A stretch of 64,000 bases of DNA from Selaginella moellendorffii. Lineage: Eukaryota > Plantae > Lycopodiophyta. The notes below the pieces were generated by a model. That model did no database searches. It worked only from the letters and a program-made list of their open reading frames with translations, and was not told the origin of the DNA. The translations under genes and the position numbers were made by a program. The first letter of the stretch is position 1. Every line of letters starts with the position of its first letter. Location of the stretch: assembly GCF_000143415.4 (NCBI RefSeq), contig NW_003314276.1, positions 893,630-957,629 on the forward strand, read 5' to 3'. Positions 24,616 to 36,697 of the stretch are shown here, one piece after another.

Positions 24616-27600
24616 TGTGAGACACAAAATCCCTAAGCCCCAAAGTGGAGCTGGAAGGGCGCCATGTAGTAGTGGCCGAAACGAAAGCCAAATGAGCGTA
24701 ACACATTTGCACTAAAAGCTTCAACTGGAAAGGTCGAGAGTGGGAGTGGAACTCCTAACAAAGTGCTCGAGGAACAAGCATGAAGCGAGCAATAAGCGAG
24801 GCTCCAAAAAGGGGACCCAAAAGGACCAACACATGACACGTGGAAGTGTCCGAGATGGAGTCCGAGATGGACCCGAGATGAACCCGAGATGAACCCGAGT
24901 TGGAGTCCGAGGTGGACCCGAGATGGAGTCTGAGATGGAGTCCGAGATGGACCTGAGATGGAGTCCGAGATGGAGTCCTAGATGGAGTCCGAGATGGAGT
25001 CCTAGATGGAGTCCGAGATGGACCCGAGATGGAGTCCGAGGTGGAGTTCGAGATGGACCCAAGACTGGGAACGTGACCAGGACCGAGACTAGGAACGAGA
25101 CCGGGACCGAGACCGAGATCGGAACCGAGACCGAGACCGAGGCCAAGGCCGAGACCGAGCCCGAGCCCAAGTCTGAGTCCGAGTCCGAGTCCGAGTCCAA
25201 GTTCCTTTCTTCATCAGCTGGATGGATGGCCTAGTCTTTGAGAGACGGGATTGTGAGGTAGGTGGTGTTAGACCACTAGTGTGACTAAAGTGAATAGGCA
25301 GGGCCTTAGCGTAATGGGCTGATATATTGGTGGTACCTTGGGGTGTTAGTCATGGGATTGGACACGTGGAGCACTTGGACCAAGTGCAAAGGTTGAGTCG
25401 CATGGATGCCATCCTTGGGGTTAGCAAGCCTAAGTCCTGAATTGGACTTATAGAGGTTGTGAATGAAACTCCTCCAAGTGGTCGGAGGTGCGGTTAAGTG
25501 ACTAAAGTAAAATGGAAAATTTAGTCTCTTACAATTTGGTATCGGAGCTGTTCCTTAGTCCAACTCTTATTGGTGGCCAAGTATATCACCACTTGTATTG
25601 GAATTGGAAAGTCCTAAGTATGGACCTATCCTCGAGGAGTAGCATGTCAAGAGGACATGGCTCTCCACTCGAGTTCATGCGTGAACTTGTGCACGATGTA
25701 GTGCATGGAAAAGGGCCAGTAAAGGAATGACTTTGGGATCTTGGGAATAATATGAGGGTTTCCTCAGAGAGTTGAGGATGTGATCCAGATGAGCGTTTGA
25801 CGCAGCAAACGGGCTAATATAGTTGTGGTAAACAACTATAGTTGGGATCACGGGGAAGATGTAGACTCCAAAACGATAAAGGAGTCACAAGATTACCCTC
25901 ATATAGTGGAGGCTGGTGCTCATAAACTTGAGACCGGAATTGATGACCGAGGGAGGTCAAATACAGAAAAGGACACAAATCCTTGAAATGGTAGCCGGGG
26001 TTACCTCTAATAAATACTGGAACAACCTAAGGAATTGGGGGGTGTACTTAGAGGATGAGTTGGTATTCTCATCACATGGACAAGTGGTCATAAGGGGCAA
26101 AAGGTTGCCCCTAGAGAACAAATCAAGTGTCGGAGTAACACTTGCAAAGATGGTCCTTGTGAGTAGGATATGAATACAAGGAATTGTATTCCAGTGAGCT
26201 AGCACCTCAAAAGTAAGACCTCATGGGTTGTCGAATTAACAATGTCCAAAAAGTTGAATGACTCCAAGAGAGTCAAGGAATAATTTTAAGGGCTTTAGGA
26301 AAGCATTTGTACTGAGGTGTGTGGTGCCCCACAAAGGATGGGGAGGATCTTGAGATCCAAGCATGAGAGCAGTGTGTATCTCATTGATGGCAGAAGGTGC
26401 CATGCTAAAGTCGTGGGAAAGAATTTCCCAGAAGAAAACAACTTTGACACAAAGTTGTGCATGAACTCTATAGTGCAGTGTTAATAGATAATTGGCATAA
26501 GAGACAACCATATTGGTTTTGGCAAAAATACTTGGACACAAGTAAGAAGTGTCATAAAGGTAGGCTCGTGGAGCTGATGGTGTGAAGACACCGAAGGTGC
26601 CAAGGTGTGCTGCCTTGAGGTTAAGCTGGCGGGTTCATGAGAACCCCTTCCAAAGGAATCCCAATGGAAATGGAAATAGCATAGCCTAAGCTGGAAGGCA
26701 TGCGATTAGAGTGTGGTGACCGAGATAATGATGGAGGTGTGGAAGCACCAGCAATGAGTTGTAGGACTTGACAACTGTGAGGCAACTAAGCAAAAGGTGC
26801 AAAATAATTCATAAACTAGTAGAAGGTAACTAGACTTTTTATTGGAATAAGGAAGTTCGATATACCCTTATGGGGGATAAATTGCTTATGTTGCAACATA
26901 GTAAGTCAATGTCGAAAAGGGAATGTTCATTGTCAGAGAGGCCATCATTGGGACACCCAAACACTCTAGAACACCAGAAGGGGGTATTTGGTGTCATGAG
27001 GGCAATGGATAATGCCCAAGGGACAAAGTCCCTAGTGAATGAAGGATAGGAGGTGTTATCCAAATGTCCAAGGTTGTGGAGATGGGAAAAGTCTGTTTAC
27101 CCAAATTGGACAAAGCCAAAGAGGGATTTTGGCAAGGCTAGTGATGAGCATATAAAGGCCCATAAGTAGCAACGGTGATCCTAGTGTGTAGGATTATAAG
27201 GTGAGTCAAACCCGGATTGAGGAACCACTCCCTAGGCTGTCGGGTAGGTTCATCCTTATGAATACTTGCCAAGGCATGGTAGAAAGTGCAAAGCGATCTT
27301 CCTAGTCTTGAGGAGAATAACCGAAGGAAATGTATGAGGCCAAAAGGCAAGTAGTATAGGGATAGAATCGAACCATAGGAATTGACAGGCATGACCAAGG
27401 GTGGTTATGCAAGTTGGGAATAGAGAATCAAGTGGGTGCTCAAGCATGTTGTTACTAGCAACCGAGATGCCATGGAAAGTCTAAAGCATGGGATTGCCTA
27501 TGTTAGACTATATGGTAATTGGAAAGCTAGCGAAAGGAGAGACCTTAGCAAGCTAAGGAACAGAGTTCCTTGAACATTCCCCTAGGTAAATAAGTATCTA

Positions 27601-30600
27601 GTCAGCCAAGTGTAAATGGTTCATAAAACGCGCGAAATCAGAGTGGTGCAACAGAAGCGTGGTCTTGAAGCTTGCCATGAGGCGAGGCTATCAAGATTGG
27701 GGAAGTAGTTCCCGAGTGTTCAAAAAGAGGGCTTTGAATGAAAGTCGATGGTTAAGGACTTTCATGCTTATGCATGAACCATGTTATGGTGGCTAAATGA
27801 CTTGCTAAGTGAGATTGGCAAGTTGAGGGGAACAAATACCCTAGTTGAAGGAGCCAACTTCAAAGGGGTGGCCCAAGGGGACAAGCATGGAGGAGTCCAT
27901 GCATGATCACAGACATGTCAAGTGAGAGGACTTGGCAGTGCGGAGGAACTAGGTTCCTAAGTTGTGATCTGTAGCGCGCTTTAAGTATAAGTTGGTGCAC
28001 TAGCGTGGGGAGTCACGCCAGGCATCCTGCGTGATGCCACTCGTAGATGCATATACGGAGGTTAGGTTTGAGTCCCGACCCTCTAATGCTTGAGTTCGAG
28101 TCCCAAATCACTAAGGCGTGGTGATGGTTTGGAATATGAGGACACTCATTTTTCGATGGTCATGGACTCTCAGTGAGGAGACTGGTTTGGGCACACTGCC
28201 AAGCGAGGATGCCTCGGAGTCGTGATGCACAGTTAGATTGCTTAGTGTGGCTCAGCAAATCTAACTTGAACACTTTGGTGCAAAGGGCACCAAGGACATG
28301 GTGAATGAGATGGGGACACCCAGTCTTGGTTGCTATGGACCCTTGGTTGGATGGGCTGGCTTGGGTGCACCACCAAGTGTGGGGGATGCCTCTGGGGTCA
28401 TGGTCAACAATTTAAAGGTCTAAAAGACCTAATACCTATTGGCAAACTTGTTAAGGTGCCAAAGTTAGATCACTAGGTGATTTTATGGCCAAAACAAAAC
28501 AAGGTCCTTGTGAAGTTATTTCCTAGTTCAAAGTGTTGGTTTGAACTATTGATGATGGTGTGGCTTGGTCAAAGTGACCAAGTGGGAAAAACACCTAATG
28601 GAAATGATCTGTGGCAATGCGATGGCATAGTGAGTCCAAAGAAGTAATCTCTATAAGAGACCCATGAGAGGGTCACAATGTTGGGCTAGAGATAGAGCCC
28701 ACAACAGAAAATGCTAAAGAGACTTACTAGTGGTGAATACCCTCTAAACTTAGCAAAGTAAAGTCTTTGCTGTGGAACCGAAAGGATATCTCGAGAATGG
28801 AGGTAGCGATCTGATGTTGCTAGGTGCAACAATCCAGGATAGGAACAAAAGACTAATGGCTAAGAAAAGAGCGATGGGAATCATGGGAAAGAATCCAAAA
28901 GGCAAAGTTAGGCTAGGAACACTAATGTGTTGGGTGCTAACGAATTGTGGGAAAGACAATGTGTTTTCAAAGATGGATTCCTAATTGCTCCGATTTGGCG
29001 AAAGTGGAAGCTCCAAGGGAGGAGCGGTAAAGTAGCCAAATGATAGGGCCATGGACAACCCTAGCACAAAGTATGATAATTGGAACTTAATGCCCAAGGT
29101 GGCATGAAATAGAAGAGAGGATGATAGTGCCCTCAAGTAAAGAACTTCATAGGATGGGGAAGTGGAGTTGAACAATATGTGCAATGCCAGGTGTCGGAGA
29201 CACCTAGGAAATTGACTTTGAGAAGTCAGAATTAAAAATTCTAAAGTGCAAGGGTTATATCGATAGAAAGTGAGACCATTCGAAAATGAGTAGTGGGATT
29301 GAGTTAGAGAAGGTGTCTCTAATAGGTTTAGTGAGAATTAAACTAATAAAAGGAGAGAACCACCATAAGTGGTCGAATGAGCCTCTAAATTGGAGAAGCT
29401 GTGCTCCTTAGAGGATGGACAAGGCATGGTGAGCCTTTGGTGTCAAACCATAGACAAATATTGGCTGGGTGCCAAGGATGGAAATGGTAATACGTGTGGG
29501 TTTTACTTTACAAAAGGGTTTACCGTTCGATGAGGACATTGAACTTCATCTATGAGTGGTGGAGTTGTGAGACACAAAATCCCTAAGCCCTAAAGTGGAG
29601 CTGGAAGGGCGCCATGTGGTAGTGGCTGAAGCGAAAGCCAAACGAGCGTAACACGTTTGGACTAAAAGCTCCGACTGGAAAGGTTGAGAGCGGGAGTGGA
29701 ACTCCCAACAAAGTGCTCGAGGAACGAGCACGAAGCGAGCAATAAGCGAGGCTCCAAAAAAGGGACCCAAAAGGACTAACACATGACACGTGGAAGTGTC
29801 CGAGATGGAGTCCGATATGGAGTCCGAGATGGACCCGAGATGGAGTCCGAGATGGACCCGAGATGGACCCGAGTTGGAGTCCGAGGTGGACCCGAGATGG
29901 AGTCTGAGATGGAGTCCGAGATGGACCCAAGATGGAGTCCGAGATGGAGTTCGAGATGGACCCGAGATGGAGTCCGAGATGGAGTCCAAGATGGACCCGA
30001 GATGGAGTCCGAGATGGAGTCCAAGATGGACCCGAGATGGAGTCCGAGATGGAGTCCAAGATGGACCCGAGATGGAGTCCGAGATGGAGTCTGAGATGGA
30101 CCCGAGATGGAGTCTGAGATGGACCCGAGATGGAGTCTGAGATGGACCCGAGATGGAGTCTGAGATGGACTCGAGATGGACCCGAGATGGAGTCCGAGAT
30201 GGACCCGAGATGGAGTTTGAGATGGAGTCTGAGATGGACCCGAGATGGAGTCCGAGATGGACCCGAGATGGAGTCCGAAGTCGAGACCGAGATTGGGAAC
30301 GAGACCGGGACCGAGACCGAGACCAAGATTGGGACCGAGACCGAGGCTGAGGCCGAGACTGAGCCCGAGCCTGAGTCCAAGTCCAAGTCCGAGTCTGAGT
30401 CTGAGTCCAAGTCCGAGTTCAAGTCTGAGAGGGTGAAAGCCCAAAGCGTTCGTCTCCCAGACCCTGGGGGGTTTGGTAAGCTCCAAAAGTATAGTAAGGG
30501 GGAGGACTGCAGTGGAGCCAGTTTGGCCAGGAAAGGCCAGTTTGGCCCAGGAAGGCTATACCCAGTGTTGGGAGATGAGCTGCCCATTGGGAAGTCCAAG

Positions 30601-31402
30601 ACTAGAGTGAACACGGACCAACAAGCGGGGTAGTTTGGTGAAGTGTTCAAGAGCCAGCTTTAGTTCCCCCGGGAGATTGACTGGCCAATTCTCCCAGTCC
30701 AAGTGTGGGTGGCACTACCTACTTGGATACCTAGTGTGGCTCAACAGAACCTCGCTCTAAGCCCATGGCTAGAGCACTCAAAGGCAGAAGGCAAGGAGAG
30801 TACCCACGAGGCTCGCGTAGGGCCACGGTGTTCCGAAATGTTGCCCCAAAGTCCTAGACTGTGGAAAGGAAGAGGAGTAACCCTCTGGTGTGGTGACCAA
30901 AGACACAGTCACCCAGTGAGGAAGTCCCAGAGGACAGTTGGACTTAGTGGTCGAGCCTATGGGCTTTGATCTAGTGGCAATGTTGATGAACACAGCCATG
31001 GACAGAAAGGGACTTGGTGGGGACTGGAAGAGAGATATTGGGGAAGGCTATTCCCCATGTCTATGGGCATCCTAAAGATGCTAAGGAGTGGATCTAGGAT
31101 GATCACTCATGGACGGATGGCCTAGCCTTTGAGAGACGGGATTGTGATGCAGGTGGTGTTAGTCCACCGGTGTGACCAAGGTGAATGGGCATGGCCTTAG
31201 TGTAACAGGCCGATATGTCGGTGGTTCAGACACGTGGAGCACTTGGACTAAGTGCAAAGGTTGAGTGGCATGGATGCCATTCTCGAGGCTAGCAAGCCCC
31301 AAGTCCTAACTGGGATTTATGGAGGTTGTGAATGAGACTCCTCCAAGTGGTCGGAGGTGCGGTTAAGTGACCAAAGTAAAATGGAAAATTTAGTCTATTA
31401 CA
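24616..31402 (+). mobile_element. Family C LTR retrotransposon with decayed internal region (non-autonomous)
   Basis: LTRs 24616-25533 and 29566-31402, PBS TGGTATCGGAGC at 25537, PPT before 29566, TSD GCCTG/GCTTG. Confidence 0.88.
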
Positions 31403-31562
31403 GCTTGGTTAGTGCCATCCCATTATATATATTAGCTGTACATTATAACCAATGGAGGTGAACTACTCCATGATAGAAAAAGAGTGTTTAGCAACAGTTT
31501 GGGGTTTCAAGAAATTTCATGTATATCTATATAGTTCTTGGACATTATTAAAAAATGATCAT

Positions 31563-34500
31563 TGTAGCGCACCTGAATTTGGAGCCGAACTCCAAGCCCG
31601 TTGCGCTACAAAACGAGGGTCCGATACAATCCCACGAGCACCAGCTCCCCGTATCTAGCACCTACACGCAAAATAGTGTCAGACGGAGTCTGGCACAATT
31701 TTGGCATATCGGTGGCCTAATGCGAGGAGGAGGGTACTCCACCAACTAGAGCAGCGTGGAGCTTGGGCTTAAGCCCAAGCCAGACGCAGAACAAGGAGCG
31801 ACACAGCCCAGCGGAAGCCAAACTAATGTCTCAGGTGGTCGGACATGCATTCCAACCACTATCCTTACTATACATTTGGAACCCCCCCCTTGAGGAACAC
31901 ACGCTTTGGGCTTTCACCCCAAGCCTCCCTTAGTACCAAAAGTTAGTCTCTGGGACAAGCTTGAAACTTACTAAATATGGAATGGCGCTAGATTGCGAAT
32001 TTGGACACGGGACGAACACCATTGTGTTTGGGCCGATCCCTACATTCCGTAGATATGCCAAATGAGCTGATCTAGACACTTTCCATAAATAGCATTTGGG
32101 ATCGAAATGAGACTAACACAAAGGGCGTGATAGCGAGGGTGTTTGGCAAACACGGTAAGCTATCATCCGGCAATATTGAGGGACTAATCTCAATACGCGA
32201 GGGTTCTTGTCACTAGCTAGTGCAAGACACTACGAGACAGGAATTCCTTACTGGGCTAAGTATGCTTAGCTAATAGCACATAGGAATTCCGTCCTTATGC
32301 TCATCCGGTCTAAGTACACTCGAAATGCCCAGTTAACTCCACTAGCACAAGAGAGGCTACTAAAGGGATCCAACTGTACCGATCTCCTGCCGTCATGGCA
32401 GTAAGGAAAGAGTGTCCGTAAGGACTGGTCGACAAGTATCTTTCGATACCCGAAGTCACATTCACGACACTCTCCCCCCCTTGGGGAAGATCGACGTCCT
32501 CGTCGATGCATACTCGAGTCTAGCAAACTGTCAAGGAAACAACTCCGAAAGTTAACGGAAAGCACACTATGTGGGAAACACACTGACTTAAATGAGTTAT
32601 GGAACGACCTCTCCTCTACGTCCAAAGACGTTAAGACTCAGACACCCTCCGGCCATCACCGACAAGGAAATGACTAACAGAGTTAACCACCCTTGCTGTT
32701 CCGAGTACCACTCGGCTTACAAAGGAATGATACATCCCTGCCCGCAGGGACATAGGGAGAAGGCCAAAGGCCCAACTTCCCCTGGGCAAGAAATCAATCC
32801 CGTCGGGAAGATTTAGATAACTACTATAAACTGGCAGATTAAGTTGTTTACACGACCACGCCCCTTTTCGAAAATGAGTCATCGAGAGAGAGGCAGGGAC
32901 TTGTGATCAGTCTATAATAGTTATCCCCATGGTTATGGATTGGACCCATGCACCGAAGTGCCGAAGTTAGTCTGCCAAAATTGACCCAAGTACGAACAAA
33001 TGAGAGGAACGACACTTTGATTTATAGAAATATATTACTTTATTAGTTTGCAAGATTTATTACAAGGTTTTTACAAAAACTAGTGTTGATTACTATTCTC
33101 ATACTCCGTGATAAGCTCACGGGCATGTGCAAGATTACTAAGAGGCTCCCAAGTTGATTCACAAGTTGGGTAACCTTTCCATTTAACTAGATATTCCTTC
33201 ACACGAGCCCGTCTCCGGAACCGGGAATCCAAGATAGTTTCTACTTCGTATTCAGGTTTACCGTCCACAACATTTGGTGGCGGACGAATCTCCCCTTGAC
33301 GTGCAACATCCATAGTGTAAGGAGTCAATAGGTTGGCATAAAATACATTATGAACATTGGACATCTCCGCAGGCAGATCCAACCGATAGGATACATCACC
33401 AATGCGTTTAAGCACTCAATAGGGTCCAACATATCTTGGCAAAAGCTTCCGAGACAAAGAACCCTTAATGTTCAAGTTTCGGGAAGATAGCCACACCTGA
33501 TCTCCCACTTGATAGGATACATCCCGACGATGGTGATCCTTATCACGTCGATACCTATCCTGAGCTTTGCCCATTGCCTCAGTTGCTCTAGACCAACCTT
33601 GACGTAGCTGCTCCGCATAAGTCTCAACGGCCGGGACCAACACCTCGGACATTGGTTTTGGTACAACAATCTGTTGGGGAACCCCACGAGCATTCCCTTG
33701 CAGCATCTCCCATGGAGAACAGCCTATAGCGCTATGAAATGTGTTGTTGTAACATATTTCTGCTGTATCCAAATGCTCAACCCAGTCGCGTTGGTCCGCT
33801 GCGACATAGTACCGCAGATAATCCTCAACTTGAGCATTCACACGTTCGGTCTGCCCATCAGTCTGAGGATGATAAGCCGTACTAAACTTTAACTTGGTAC
33901 CAAACAACTGGAACAGTCTGCCCCAAAACTTCCCCGTAAACCTCGAATCCCTATCTGAGATCATCTCTTTGGGAAGACCACGAACTCGCACTACTTCATG
34001 GAAAAAGAGCTTTGCTGCTTGTTTCGCATTCACTGTTCCCACAGTTGGAATGAAGTGTGCAATCTTCGACAACCGATCCACAACAACCATCAAAGTATCA
34101 TAACCCTTAGACTTTAGCAAGCAAGTGACGAAATCAAGTGTCACACTTTGAAATGGCCATGTTGGTGCTGGAATGCACTGCAACTTTCCAGCCTGCTTCT
34201 CAGCTTTGCGCTTACATTGCTGGCATATAGGGCAGGAACAGACATAGTCTGCTACATCACCTTCCATACCAGACCAGAAAAATCCCTTTTTCAACGAAGC
34301 TAGCGTCTTTCGCTGTCCATCATGTCCCGCTGTTGGAACATCATGATGTTCCCGCAAAAATAACTGCTGCAGGTCCTTAGAGGGAAGATACAATCTTTCT
34401 TGCTTATAGAATATAAGCCCATCCCGAACTGAGAAGTGAAGCTTCGCATTAGTGCGACTAGCAACTTTTGCTGCTTCGCTACTAGGGTTCTGCTTCAACA

Positions 34501-35826
34501 ACCCCGCACGGCATAAGATTGCCTTCGCCAATGGATTACTTCCATATGAAGCCTGAACGTCCTCCAACCAATCCGAACTGATAGCCGATATTGCCCAGAA
34601 TTGAGCTTGACGACTTAACATATCCGGAACAATATTGTCTTTACCAAGTTTATATATAATTTCAATATCATATCTAGCTAGCTTCTCTTGCCAACGAGCT
34701 TGCTTCGGCATAAGCTTAGGCTGCATAGCAAAGTAGCTCAGTGTGTTACTATCTGTATAAACCTTAGTGTGTCCACCCAAGTAGTGTCTCCAGTGTTCTA
34801 GGGCCGACACTATAGCAAACATCTCTTTCTCATGCATTGGCCATCTTCGTTGGGTTTCATCCAATTTCTTGGAATAGAATGCAACGGGACAACCATGTCG
34901 CCTTAGCGTAACACCAACTGCTTTGTCACAATCTTGCTGCAACACGGCACCAATAGCATATCCAGACGCATCACAATGCACTTCGAAGGGTTTATCAAGA
35001 TCTGGGATCCTAAGAACAGGAACCGTAGTCAAGATCTCCTTCAACCGTACAAAAGCACGTTGACAAGCTGGTGTCCAATGAAATGGAATACTACTCTTCG
35101 TCAACTTAGTTAACGGAAGAGCAATCCTTGCAAAATTGCGGACAAACTTGCGATAGTATCCCGCCAAACCGAGAAAGGAATGAACATCTGATACAGTGGT
35201 CGGGATTTCCCAAGACTTCACCGCTTCCACTTTCTTTGGATCGACTTCAAGCATGCCACCACTAACTATATGTCCGAGAAATTTTACGCACAATTGACCA
35301 AAGCACATTTACTTTCCTTAGCATACAGTTTGTGTTTGCGCAACTTCTGAAACACCAGCTCCAAGTGTTTCAAATGATCCTCCAACGTTTCGCTGAAGAC
35401 TAGAACATCGTCGATGTATAGGACAACAAATGCGTCCAAATAATCTCCGAATATTCTATCCATCATAATGTTGAACGTTGCCGGAGCATTGCATAACCCG
35501 AACGGCATGACAAGGAACTCATAAGATCCGTACCGAGTCTTAAAGGCTGTCTTCTCCACATCCTGATCCGCCACCCGTATCTGATGATACCCAGACTGCA
35601 AATCAAGTCGCGTAAAATACTTAGCCTTTAAGAGTTGGTCAAATGCGAGGCAAAGGATAACTGTTCTTGACCGTGATCTTATTGAGTGCCCGATAATCAA
35701 TACACATCCTCATGGTTCCATCCTTTTTCATAACAAAAAGGATTGGTGCTCCATAAGGTGACTTGCTGGGTCGGATATGACCTTTATCAAGAAGCTCCGT
35801 GAGTTGCTTCTTGAGTTCAGCCATCT
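31563..35826 (-). mobile_element. Family B chromovirus, 3' half (RT-RH-INT-chromodomain, 3' UTR, 3' LTR 31563-32469)
   Basis: Minus-strand pol ORFs with frameshifts and one in-frame stop. PPT complement at 32470-32482. Near-identical to the 45006-53763 element. Confidence 0.92.
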
Positions 35827-36697
35827 TGTAGCACACCTTATCTCTCTCCCCTTAAGCCAACTGGAAAAGAGGCAATTGCTTGATGAGAGAGCCCTTAGTG
35901 GCTATTTTATCCCCATTTATCCCCCAAGGTTCCAAGGATCCACGGTGACAGTATATCCAAATCTCATCCCATGATCACATGTGCTACACTCACCCTCCCT
36001 TCAGAGATGTCAATGTTCTCATTGACTATTGACTAACAACCCCTACTGAGCCAAGGGGAACTAACACCTCCATTTCCGCACTCAATCTACCAATCCCCCC
36101 TTCAGAGATGTCAATGTCCTCATTGACTATTGACTAACAACCCCTACTAAGCCAAGGGGAACTAACACCTCCATTTCCGCACTCAATCTACCAATCCTTC
36201 CATTGTGTAGACTAGTTATTCCATGCGAGGCAACTAGTCATCCACCCGTACCGCAGTCCCATGGTGGATACCTTCGTCCGTGGATACTCCACACAAGAGA
36301 AAGGATATACGCTATTCCATGCGAGGCAACTAGTCATCCACCCGTACCGCAGTCCCATGGTGGATACCTTCGTCCGTGGATACTCCACACAAGAGAAAGG
36401 ATATACGCATGGATGCCCAATATGTACGATTTTCTAATTTAGGGGTAGGAATATACCTTGCTCAAGGGTATATTATATTTTAGGTAGCCACTAATCAATG
36501 GGAATCGAACCCGTGCCATTTGCTCCGATACTAACTGTAACGCACCTTATTTCTCTCCCCTTAAGCCAACTGGAAAAGGGGCAATTGCTTGATGAGAGAG
36601 CCCTTAGTGGCTATTTTATCCCCATTTATCCCCCAAGGTTCCAAGGATCCACGGTGACAGTATATCCAAATCTCATCCCATGATCACATGTGCTACA
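35827..36697 (-). mobile_element. TRIM (miniature non-coding LTR retrotransposon)
   Basis: 162-bp LTRs 35827-35988 and 36536-36697 (TGTA..TACA). Met-type PBS variant next to 36535, PPT complement CTCACCCTCCC at 35989. Internal tandem duplications of 101 and 96 bp. Confidence 0.9.

Noticed and set aside
29546-30650. Long ORFs on both strands over LTR arrays (also 3538-3852, 24721-25234, 42282-42826, 50714-51710)
   Set aside because: By-products of stop-poor 6/11/12-nt tandem repeats. Frames and lengths differ between copies.
33416-33418. Break between integrase and chromodomain ORFs in minus-strand B as another intron
   Set aside because: It is a single in-frame TGA (GPY*VLKR) with no inserted sequence.
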